NCBI GenBank assembly: GCA_027064425.1
Contig: JAMOPO010000052.1
Coordinates: 96,001-160,000, forward strand
DNA length: 64,000 nucleotides
Direction: 5' to 3'
Origin: Methanobacteriota archaeon
Lineage (GTDB): Archaea > JAADCQ01 > Methanopyri > Methanopyrales > Methanopyraceae
In this document: one piece after another, positions 9,223 through 17,665 of the stretch
Layout of the letters: the number at the start of each line of letters is the position of its first letter
How positions within the stretch are numbered: the stretch's first letter is position 1
Position numbers and translations under genes: made by a program
The notes under the pieces: model-generated
What the model saw: the letters and a program-made list of their open reading frames with translations, nothing else
Told to the model about the DNA's origin: nothing
Databases searched by the model: none

Positions 9223-9968
9223 CCCGGCAGCATCGAGAGCTTCTCCTCATCGTCCTCCAGGATACGCCTCGCCGCCTCCAGGTAGCCCGCCAGGACGTCC
9301 CCCTTGTCCTCTCGGAAGATGTCCTTGTCCAGGCTCTCCCTCGTCTCCGCGTCCCAGAACCGGCACGTGTCCGGGCTGATCTCGTCACCCACGACGACCT
9401 CGCCGTCCGGATTCACGCCGAACTCCAGCTTGAAATCGACCAGAATGATCCCCCTATCCTCCAGGAACTCCGAGAGCACTTCGTTCACCTTCAGCGTCAG
9501 CTCCCGCATCCGCTCGACCTCGTCCTCGGAGGCCAGCCCGAGCGCCCGGATGTGATCCATGTTCACCATCGGGTCACCGTACTCATCGCTCTTGTAATCG
9601 AACTCCACGATCGGCGGATCCAGCTCCTCCCCCTCCTCGAACGGCAGCCGCTCCACGAGACTCCCCGTCGCGATGTTCCGGCAGATGACCTCCAGCTTGA
9701 ACATGTCCAGCCGCTCCACGATCATGCGGCGCTCGTCGGCCAGCTCCACGTAGTGCGTCGGGATACCAGCATCCTCCAGCACCTCAAACAGCCGGGCCGA
9801 AATGAGGCAGTTGCAGACCCCCTTACCCTCCACCTTGTCCACCTTCTCCATGTTGAAAGCCGTGATATCGTCCCGGAACTCCATCACCAGCAGATCATCC
9901 TCCTCCGGGTGCTCGTAGAGGCTCTTTGCCTTACCCTCGTACACCAGCTGGCCCACCTCCAAGCCCAC
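9219..9968 (-). CDS. purC: SAICAR synthetase
   Basis: YEGKAKSLY, FRDDITAFN, LVDFKLEFG, DEISPDTCRFWD and LDKDIFR motifs. Confidence 0.97.
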   Translation of the reverse strand: MGLEVGQLVYEGKAKSLYEHPEEDDLLVMEFRDDITAFNMEKVDKVEGKGVCNCLISARLFEVLEDAGIPTHYVELADERRMIVERLDMFKLEVICRNIATGSLVERLPFEEGEELDPPIVEFDYKSDEYGDPMVNMDHIRALGLASEDEVERMRELTLKVNEVLSEFLEDRGIILVDFKLEFGVNPDGEVVVGDEISPDTCRFWDAETRESLDKDIFREDKGDVLAGYLEAARRILEDDEEKLSMLPG

Positions 9969-9993
9969 CGACCCCCGGCGGGGGGCGAGGCCC

Positions 9994-10012
9994 GTGTATA
10001 AACGCTAAACGC
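9994..10012 (-). promoter_or_regulatory. Probable TATA box of purC-purS-purQ
   Basis: Minus-strand TTTATAC (+ strand gtataaa 9996-10002), about 28 nt upstream of the purC start, in an otherwise GC-rich divergent gap. Confidence 0.55.
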
Positions 10013-10088
10013 GCCCCCATCGGCAGCGCCGCTATAGCTCTCCGTGGGTTAACTCCCACCGGCACGGCCGGCGGGGGGTGAGCTCCCG

Positions 10089-11337
10089 GTGTCCACCGGG
10101 ACCATCGAGGTGGGCGTCAGCCACGGGAGGGACCCGCACACCGCGGTCGAGGACGCCCTCGACCAGCTCTCGGAGGACCCGAACCTGGCGCTCGTGTTCT
10201 TCTCACCGCGCCACGCGGACGAGATCGAAGCGGCGCTCGAGCAGCTCCCCGACGAGTGCCACAGCCTGGGCTGCTCCACGGCCGGGGAGCTCACCCCGGA
10301 CGGCTACACCCAGGGCGAGGTCGTGGTTGCGCTCGTCCGCAGCCCGTACCTCGCCCTAGAAACCCACCGGATCACGTTCGAAAGCAACGATCCGAGGAGC
10401 GCCCGGGAGGCCGGCCGCGACTTCGTCCTCGGCGCGATCGAGAAGCTGCGAGACCCGGGCCCCTGCCTGGATATCACCTTCAATGCGATGCTCCGCAGCC
10501 TCCGGGCCGGTCGCCCGACCAGGGTCTTACCCTACTTCATGATCGAGCTCGTGGACGGGCTCTTCCCCGCGATCGATTACTACGTGGACGGAATCAACGA
10601 GGTCATCCACCGCTTCAACTTCCTGGAGGTGTACGGCGGGGCCGCCGGAGATGACCTGCGGCTCGAGCGCACCTACACGCTCGAGAACGGCGAGCTGTGC
10701 CCGGAGCACTCGGCGGTCGTGGTCTTCGGGGGTCACCGCACTGAAGATCGGCGGCTGCTTGGACTGCGGGTTCGACCCCGTGCCCGAGGACCGGTTCCCC
10801 ATCACCGAGGCCGAGCCGAGTGAGCGTCGCGTGCTCGAGTTCGCGGGGGAGCCCGCGGCCGACTACTACGCCGAGGTGGTGGGGGTCTCGGCCGAGAAGC
10901 TGGACGACGAGGTGTTCATGTGGAACCCGCTCGGGTGGGAGATCTTCGGGGGCCAGATCATCGTCCGCGAACCCGCACGGGCCGAGGATGACGGCTCCCT
11001 GAGGTTCCACTCCCGACCCCCCGCCTCCGGCACGCTGATCCGGCTCCAGCCGACCCGCGAGGGAATGGCCGAGACGGCGCGGCAGGTCACCGAGCGGGCG
11101 ATGGCCCGCGCGGGCATCAGCGACCCGGAGGAGGTCGCGCTGGTCCTCGTGTTCGACTGCGCGCACCGAGACTGCGACGAGCAGTACGACGCGATCCGGG
11201 AGGTGGTCGGGGACGAGGTTCCGATCGTAGGGTTCAAGACCTACGGCGAGCACGGCCAGCTTGAGACGGGACCGGTCGGACACTTCAACCAGACCATCGA
11301 GGTCGTGGTCGTCGGGCGCGAGCTCGTCTCGCAGTGA
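10089..11337 (+). pseudogene. FIST_N/FIST_C signalling protein interrupted by a +1 frameshift
   Basis: ORF 10089-10823 has GCSTAGE and GGAAGD (FIST_N); ORF 10651-11337 has DCAHR and GFKTYGE...HFNQT (FIST_C); they join at the G5 run 10728-10732. Confidence 0.75.
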
Positions 11338-11406
11338 ACGCCGCGGTGCCCCTCCCCGGCACCAATCGTTTCGAAATGCATAACGAAGGGGGAGGGCGGG
11401 ATCAGG

Positions 11407-12540
11407 GTGGGCCTCGTCCTCCACGGTCCCACGATCATCGACACCGGCTGGGCCGAGCGCCTGCTGGACGCTCTCGAGCGGCTCGGCGAGGTCCGGGCCA
11501 AGCTCGGAGGCACCACCGGGTACATCGCCCTGCTGGACGCCGGACTCCAGGATCGGGTCGAGTTCGACCGCAAGCTCCCGAGCGAGTGCCTGGAGGAGCT
11601 CCGGGAGTGGGCGGACGCGCTCGTCCTCGCCAACCACGGGAAGAGCCGGGAGAGCGGGCTGGCCTTCGCCGAGGGGGTGCTGGCGCGCGCCGAGGGCGTG
11701 GACTCGCTGGTTCAGGTGGAGCGTCCCGGGGAGCCTGACGGTGGCATCGTGCTCTGGAGCCCGGGCGAGTCCGAGCGCCGGGTGGCACGGCACCTGAGTG
11801 ACGAGCTGGGGCTGGAGGTGATCGAGGTCCGGGAGGCGCCGGAGGGCGCCGAGTCTTCCCGCCGCCGACGGATCTCCTGCGTGAAGCCCGGGGACCGGAT
11901 CCTCGTCAACGGGGTCACGGTCGGCGTGGCCGAGTCGGACGACGTGGTGCTGGTCTTTGATGAGGAGGGGAGGCTGGTAAACATCGAAGGGGGTCGGCTA
12001 AAGCGGGAGGGCGTCGAGCGGCTGGGTCGCGTGGACCCCGCGCGTGCGGTCGTGAAGACGGATCGACGCCTCCGGCGCCGCGAGCCGGACAGCAGGAGGG
12101 TGACGCCGCCCCCGGACCGGGTCTCCCGGGCCGTGCTCGTGGATCATGACGCCGAGCGTCGGGTGGAGGACATCCGGTGGGCCGACGCGGTCGTGGCCGT
12201 GGGCGACGACACGACGGCCGTGTGCGCGGAGCTGGGTGACCGGCTGGGAAGCTGGGTGGTCGGGATCGTGGACCTGGATCCCGACGGGTGGGTGGTCGAC
12301 GACACCCGGGAGGCGCTGGAGAGATCCGAGAACCTAATTTGCCTGCTCGTGTGCCGCCGGGACGATGACGCGGGCGAGGTGATCCGGGGGCGCCTCTTCA
12401 GCGACGGTCACCGGCTCGAGCTGGACGAACCGGAGCGTCCGGAGGAGTGGGTCGAGCGCCTGGTCAGCCTGCTCGAGGAGGCCGGAGTGCTGGAGCGTGT
12501 CCTGCGGGCGCCTCGGCGTGAGCTGGGCTCTTCACGCTGA
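11407..12540 (+). CDS. DUF2117-family methanogen protein
   Basis: GLVLHGPTIIDTG, LGGTTG, NHGKS, QVERPGE and VGDDTT motifs. Confidence 0.75.
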   Translation: MGLVLHGPTIIDTGWAERLLDALERLGEVRAKLGGTTGYIALLDAGLQDRVEFDRKLPSECLEELREWADALVLANHGKSRESGLAFAEGVLARAEGVDSLVQVERPGEPDGGIVLWSPGESERRVARHLSDELGLEVIEVREAPEGAESSRRRRISCVKPGDRILVNGVTVGVAESDDVVLVFDEEGRLVNIEGGRLKREGVERLGRVDPARAVVKTDRRLRRREPDSRRVTPPPDRVSRAVLVDHDAERRVEDIRWADAVVAVGDDTTAVCAELGDRLGSWVVGIVDLDPDGWVVDDTREALERSENLICLLVCRRDDDAGEVIRGRLFSDGHRLELDEPERPEEWVERLVSLLEEAGVLERVLRAPRRELGSSR

Positions 12541-12572
12541 CGCATCCGACCCGCGACTTCTCCTCATCGGCG
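12509..12572 (-). ncRNA. Box C/D guide sRNA, antisense-overlapping the 3' end of the DUF2117 gene
   Basis: Minus strand: cgcc GATGAGGA gaagtcgcgggt CGGA ... GTGAAGA gcccagctcacg CCGA ggcg; the D guide is complementary to conserved 23S CGUGAGCUGGG. Confidence 0.82.
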
Positions 12573-12581
12573 GGTGATACC

Positions 12582-13559
12582 GTGGAGCTGGAGGAGCTGG
12601 CCCGGGAGCTTCGGTCCTTCGAGGGAGTGACCCGGAAGCGGCCCGTCCGGACCGTGCTAAAGGAGTTGCTCTCGGACTGCGGGGTCCCGCTCGAGGGCGA
12701 GGTCATCGCCGACGCGGGAGAGGACGCGGCCGCCGTCGACGTCGGCGATCGGATCATGCTCGTGGCCGCCGACGGGATCTGGGGTAAGCTGATCGAGCGG
12801 GATCCGTGGTGGGCGGGCTACTGCGCCGTCCTCGTGAACGTGAACGACGTGCTGGCCATGGGCGGTCGGCCCGTCGGCCTAGTGAACGTCCTCTCCACGT
12901 CCGACCAGGAGGAGTGCCGGGAGATCCTGCGCGGGATGCGCGAGGCCGCCCGAAAGTTCTCGACCCCGGTGCTCGGCGGCCACACGCACCCGGACACGCC
13001 CTACACCGCGCTCGACGCCGCCATCGTTGGGGTCACGGACGAGGAGCACCTCGTGCTGAGCTCCACCGCGGAGCCGGGGGACCTGGTCGTGTTCGTGATC
13101 GACCTCGACGGCGAGCCCTACCCCAAGTTCCCGCTCAACTGGGACACCACCACGGGTAAGAGTGGGGACGAGATCCGGGAGCAGATGGAGTCCGTGTACC
13201 GGGCCTCCCGGCACGTGAAGGCCGGGAAGGACGTCAGCAACCCCGGCCTGGTGGGCACGCTCGCGATGATGCTCGAGGCGAGCGGCAACCTGGGGGCGGA
13301 GATCCGCCTGCCGGACGTGCCCAAGCCCGAGGACGTCGACCTGGAGACGTGGCTGAAAATGTACCCGGGAATGGGGTTCGTCTACGCGGTGGACGGCGAG
13401 CGGGAGGCCCGGAGGATCGAGCGGGAGGTCTCCGAGGCGGGACTGACCGCGAGCGTGATCGGGGAGGTCACCGGAGACGGCGTCGTGCGCATCACGGACG
13501 GGGAGCGCGAGGCGCGCGTGTTCGATCTGAGCAAGGAGTGGATCGTCGGGGTGCGGTAG
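12582..13559 (+). CDS. Methanogenesis marker protein 2 (AIR synthase-related, ThiL/PurM-like)
   Basis: FEGVTRKR, GEDAAA, ADGIWGKL, AGYCAVLVNVND, GGHTHPD and KDVSNPG motifs. Confidence 0.88.
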   Translation: MELEELARELRSFEGVTRKRPVRTVLKELLSDCGVPLEGEVIADAGEDAAAVDVGDRIMLVAADGIWGKLIERDPWWAGYCAVLVNVNDVLAMGGRPVGLVNVLSTSDQEECREILRGMREAARKFSTPVLGGHTHPDTPYTALDAAIVGVTDEEHLVLSSTAEPGDLVVFVIDLDGEPYPKFPLNWDTTTGKSGDEIREQMESVYRASRHVKAGKDVSNPGLVGTLAMMLEASGNLGAEIRLPDVPKPEDVDLETWLKMYPGMGFVYAVDGEREARRIEREVSEAGLTASVIGEVTGDGVVRITDGEREARVFDLSKEWIVGVR

Positions 13560-13560
13560 C

Positions 13561-15087
13561 TTGCGCGTGTACGTGGACGGTGAGCCGGTCGAGGTGCCGG
13601 ACGGGGCCACCGTGCGGGACGCCCTCGAGGCGGCCGGCGTGGAGGCCCCCGACGACGTCATCATCGCCCTGTTCAAGGGCGAGGAGGAGACCGAGCGCGA
13701 GACGGATCGCGTCCGCGTCAAGCTCCGGGACGTCGGTACCGTCACGCTCTCCGTGGAGGACGATCGGTTCCGCAGCGTGTGCGACCAGCTGCCCGAGGCC
13801 CGGGTGACGTGGACGACCCGGGACGAGGTCGCCCTGGGCCCCATCGACGTGTCCGACCTGGAGTACCGGACCAGGCGCGGCCCCGAGCTGCCGCCCCACA
13901 CGGCCGTCGTCGTGATGCCCACGAACGACCCCGCCGAGGCCTACCTGCTTATCACCAAGCGCCGGATGGCCGTGGAGTACGTGTGCACCGACATCCGCGG
14001 CCGGGTGACCGCCGGCCGGGAGCTGATCAACCGGCTCGAGGGCGGCGAGGAGGTTGAAGAAGTCGAGCCGGTCGTTGAGCGCGTGACCCGCCGGGTTCTC
14101 TCCAAGGCCACCCCCGACACGGAGCTGGGGGAGGGCGACCACCTGTTCACCCGGGTGGTCGTCGAGCTCTCCAAGGACTCACCGCGCAGCGCCGAGCTGC
14201 TTCTGGCGACGCTGGAGGCCAACGACGGGCGGCTCAAGATCAAGCTCAAGACGGACACGTTCGCGGCCGCGGAGACCCGGCCGTTCTACGAGCTCTCGCG
14301 TGAGGAGGTTGGGTCCCGGGACCGGGGCGTGGTCACCGTCCGTAACGAGGGGAAGGAGGAGGGGACCGTCTACTTCTACCGCCGCGATCGGGTGCCCGTG
14401 GAGAGCCACAACGTCGTGGGCAAGGTCAAGCGCGGCCTCGAGCTGATCGACGTCGCCTCGGAGGGAGACAAGATCCTGGTCGAGACCATCCCGAGGCGCG
14501 TGAACCTGGTCGGACTGACCCTCGACGAGGCGCGAGAGCTGGCGGAGGAGTACGGGTTCGAGCTCGAGGTGGAGGGTGAGGGGGAGATCGTGGTCGAGCA
14601 GGAGCCTCAGGAGACCCTGCGCGTGCTGGACGAGGGCCGAGCCCGGGTCAAGGTCGTCCCGCGCGAGCGGGTCATCGATGTCGAGCTTTACGAGGACGAG
14701 GCGCCGAAGTCCGTCGAGTACTTCCGGCGCATCACCGGCATGCTGGACCGCCCGGTAGGCAAGCTCAAGGTCCACTTCGCCTACGCCGACCTGGGGATGG
14801 TCGTCTTCGAGGGCGACGAGAAGGAGGGGAAGGGGCTCCCGCCCGAGAACACTCCGGACGAGGTCGTGCGGCCCGGAGACCTGGGCGTGACCAACCAGGT
14901 GAAGCCGCACGCCGGCCTCATCGGCGTCCGGCTGGAGGAGAGCCGCGAGTACGGACCCACGGGTGAGACCTTCGAGGGCACCAACATCATCGGTCGGGTT
15001 GTGGAGGGCCTCGAGCGGCTGGCGGACCTGGACCAGTCGGACATGGGCAAGGTCGTGTACGTCCGGGAGGTGGAGGCCGATCAATGA
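13561..15087 (+). CDS. Methanogenesis marker protein 3
   Basis: N-terminal ThiS-like VYVDGEPVEVPDG; GVVTVRNEG, APKSVEYFR, PVGKLKVHF, PENTP and YGPTGE..TNIIG motifs. Confidence 0.88.
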   Translation: MRVYVDGEPVEVPDGATVRDALEAAGVEAPDDVIIALFKGEEETERETDRVRVKLRDVGTVTLSVEDDRFRSVCDQLPEARVTWTTRDEVALGPIDVSDLEYRTRRGPELPPHTAVVVMPTNDPAEAYLLITKRRMAVEYVCTDIRGRVTAGRELINRLEGGEEVEEVEPVVERVTRRVLSKATPDTELGEGDHLFTRVVVELSKDSPRSAELLLATLEANDGRLKIKLKTDTFAAAETRPFYELSREEVGSRDRGVVTVRNEGKEEGTVYFYRRDRVPVESHNVVGKVKRGLELIDVASEGDKILVETIPRRVNLVGLTLDEARELAEEYGFELEVEGEGEIVVEQEPQETLRVLDEGRARVKVVPRERVIDVELYEDEAPKSVEYFRRITGMLDRPVGKLKVHFAYADLGMVVFEGDEKEGKGLPPENTPDEVVRPGDLGVTNQVKPHAGLIGVRLEESREYGPTGETFEGTNIIGRVVEGLERLADLDQSDMGKVVYVREVEADQ

Positions 15088-16409
15088 CCCTCCGGATCCT
15101 CGTGGTCTCCCCCGATTACTACACGTACGGGGCGATGGTCGTCGGCGGAGTCTGCGAGCGGTGGGGTGCCCGGGTCCGGCTCCGCCGCGAGCCCGATCCC
15201 GAATCCCTCCGGTCCGCGGACGTCGCCATCTTCTCCCTGCATTCCACGCAGCACCTGCTCCGGAAGGACGTGATCCGGGCGGTACGGAGGGCCGTTGAGG
15301 CGTGCCGATGGGTGATCGTCGGCGGCCCCGTCAGCCAGGTTCCCGAGCTCGTCCTGGAGCGCTTCCCCGAGGTGATCGTGGCCAAGGGCGAGGCGGAGAC
15401 CGTGCTCCCGCCCCTGTTGGACGCGCTCGCGGAGGGTGAGGACCTGGAGGAGGTCGAGGGAGTCTGCCTGCGGTCCGACGGGGACGTCGTTGACACCGGC
15501 TGGCCGCCGCCCGCCGACCTTGAGAGCCCGCGCCCGCTCAAGGTCCCTCGCGGACTGGGTGAGCAGGACATTCGAGGCGCGAACGTGTACATCGAGACGC
15601 ACCGGGGGTGCGCCGGCACCTGCACGTTCTGCCAGGTCCCGTGCTTCTTCGGCCGGGAGATCCGGTGGAAGCCCGTCGACGCGATCCTGGAGGAGGTCCG
15701 CGAGCTGATGCGCGCGGGCGCCCGCCGGTTCGCGATCTCCGGCGGCACGGTCACCATGTACGGTGACGACGAGGAGGACTTCGTCCGGCTGCTCGCCGAG
15801 CTGAGCGATCTCGTGGGCCGCGAGAACCTCTCGGCTCCCGACGTCCGAGCGGACGTGCTGAACGAGCGCGTGCTGGAGGCGATCCGCGACCACACGATCG
15901 GCTGGATCTTCCTCGGGGTGGAGAGCGGCAGCGACCGCATCCTCAAGCGGATGAAGAAGGGTATCACGGTGGACGACGTGCGAGAGGCGGTGGAGCTGGC
16001 CCGAAGCGTGGGCGTGAGGGTCGCCGCCTCGCTCATCGTCGGGTACCCGGGCGAGCGGGACGAGGACGTGGAGGCCACGGAGGAGCTGCTCTCCGAGCTC
16101 ATGTTCGATGACGTGTTCATCAACGTGGCCGAGCCCATCCCCGGAACGGAGCTCGGCAGGCTCGTGGTCGAGCTCCCGGAGGACGAGATCCCGATCCTGC
16201 AGCCGGGAGAGAGGATGGAGACGCTGGCCGGCGATCGGGCGCTGCAGCTCCAGCTAACGGCGTTCACGACGCTCAGCCGACCCGTCCCGCTATCGGACGA
16301 CGTGTACGAGGAGGCCGTTAAGGGCGTGCGCGAGGAGGAGCGCAAGGTCGCCCGAGTGACCCGATTCCTTCGCGAGCACGCGGCCGTGCTGCGGGGCTCC
16401 GCCCGTTGA
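15084..16409 (+). CDS. mgmA: B12-dependent radical SAM, methyl-coenzyme M reductase glutamine C-methyltransferase type (MJ0865/TIGR04014 family)
   Basis: SPDYYTYGAM, GANVYIETHRGCAGTCTFC, RFAISGGT and GVESGS motifs; ATGA overlap with marker 3. Confidence 0.75.
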   Translation: MTLRILVVSPDYYTYGAMVVGGVCERWGARVRLRREPDPESLRSADVAIFSLHSTQHLLRKDVIRAVRRAVEACRWVIVGGPVSQVPELVLERFPEVIVAKGEAETVLPPLLDALAEGEDLEEVEGVCLRSDGDVVDTGWPPPADLESPRPLKVPRGLGEQDIRGANVYIETHRGCAGTCTFCQVPCFFGREIRWKPVDAILEEVRELMRAGARRFAISGGTVTMYGDDEEDFVRLLAELSDLVGRENLSAPDVRADVLNERVLEAIRDHTIGWIFLGVESGSDRILKRMKKGITVDDVREAVELARSVGVRVAASLIVGYPGERDEDVEATEELLSELMFDDVFINVAEPIPGTELGRLVVELPEDEIPILQPGERMETLAGDRALQLQLTAFTTLSRPVPLSDDVYEEAVKGVREEERKVARVTRFLREHAAVLRGSAR

Positions 16410-17665
16410 GGGTGGCCATCCTCGGCGGCACGGGAGCCATGGGGCGCTTCCTGGCCCGGGAGCTGTCCGAGGATGGCCACGAGATTACGATCACCGGCTC
16501 CTCCTACGAGCGAGCCCGGAGGGTGGCTCGCGAGCTGGGCGTGGAGGCCGCACCCGACAACGTGGCCGCGGTTCGCGACGCGGACGTCGTGATCGTCTCA
16601 GTCCCCATCTCCGTGACGGAGCGCGTCATCGAGGAGGTGGGGCCGCACGTCCCGGACGGCGCCCTCCTCACCGACGTAACCTCCGTCAAGGTCCGACCCG
16701 TGCGCGCCATGCTGGAGCACACGTCCGAGGGAGTGTACGTCCTCGGTACTCACCCGCTGTTCGGCCCCACCGTACCCAGCCTGAAGAGCCAGACGGTCAT
16801 CCTGACGCCCACCGAGCGCAGCGGCCCCTGGACGCGTCGCGTGCGCCGCTACCTCGAGCGTAAGGGAGCGAACGTCATCGTCTGCACCCCGGAGGAGCAC
16901 GACCGGGCGATGGCCCTCGTTCAGTGCCTCACCCACTTCGTCCTGCTAGGCGCCGGGATCGCCATCGGGGACCTGCTACCCGAGCTGGAGCTGGACCCCA
17001 CCGAGCTCGCCAGCCCGGTGTACCGGCTGTTCATCGACGTCATCGGCCGCGTGCTGGGCCAGAACCCGCGGCTTTACGCCGAGATACAGGCCTTCAACCC
17101 GTACGCCGAGTGGGCCCGCGAGCGGGTCCTCCGAGCGCTCGAGCGGATCCACGAGCTGGCGGACGACCACGCCCAGCTGACCGAGTTTCTCCGAGAGGGG
17201 CGGGAGCGCCTCTCGCGGCACCTCGACCTCGAGGGCTGCCAGAGCAGGACCGACAAGCTGCTCTCCTACCTGCTGGACGAGCTCGAGGTCGCGGAGAAGT
17301 GCGGCGAGGCCATCGTGATCGACGTTAGGTCCCGCAGGGCCCGGGAAGGGCGGATTCGCGTCACCCGCGGCACGGTGAGCGTGGACGGGGAGGAGCTCCC
17401 CCGAGACCGCGTCAAGATCTTACCCAGGCGCCCCAAGCGGCTGGCGAGGTTCGAGGGCACCGAGCTGGAGCTGCGGGTGAAGACCGAGCTGGATCCGGAG
17501 GAGGTGGCGTGCGTCGTGGAAAGTCTGGGCAGGAACCTCCGGGTCCTGCGGGCCGACGACGCCGGCGATGAGGTCCGGCTCAAGCTGGAGGGGAGCGAGG
17601 AGGCGGCGGATGAGCTGGTCAAGAAGCTGCGCTCCCTGGGCGTCCGAGCCGAGCTTCACCGCTGA
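16406..17665 (+). CDS. tyrA: Prephenate dehydrogenase with C-terminal extension (ACT-like)
   Basis: ILGGTGAMG, DVTSVK, GTHPLFGP and EEHDRAMALVQCLTHF motifs. Confidence 0.9.
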   Translation: MRVAILGGTGAMGRFLARELSEDGHEITITGSSYERARRVARELGVEAAPDNVAAVRDADVVIVSVPISVTERVIEEVGPHVPDGALLTDVTSVKVRPVRAMLEHTSEGVYVLGTHPLFGPTVPSLKSQTVILTPTERSGPWTRRVRRYLERKGANVIVCTPEEHDRAMALVQCLTHFVLLGAGIAIGDLLPELELDPTELASPVYRLFIDVIGRVLGQNPRLYAEIQAFNPYAEWARERVLRALERIHELADDHAQLTEFLREGRERLSRHLDLEGCQSRTDKLLSYLLDELEVAEKCGEAIVIDVRSRRAREGRIRVTRGTVSVDGEELPRDRVKILPRRPKRLARFEGTELELRVKTELDPEEVACVVESLGRNLRVLRADDAGDEVRLKLEGSEEAADELVKKLRSLGVRAELHR

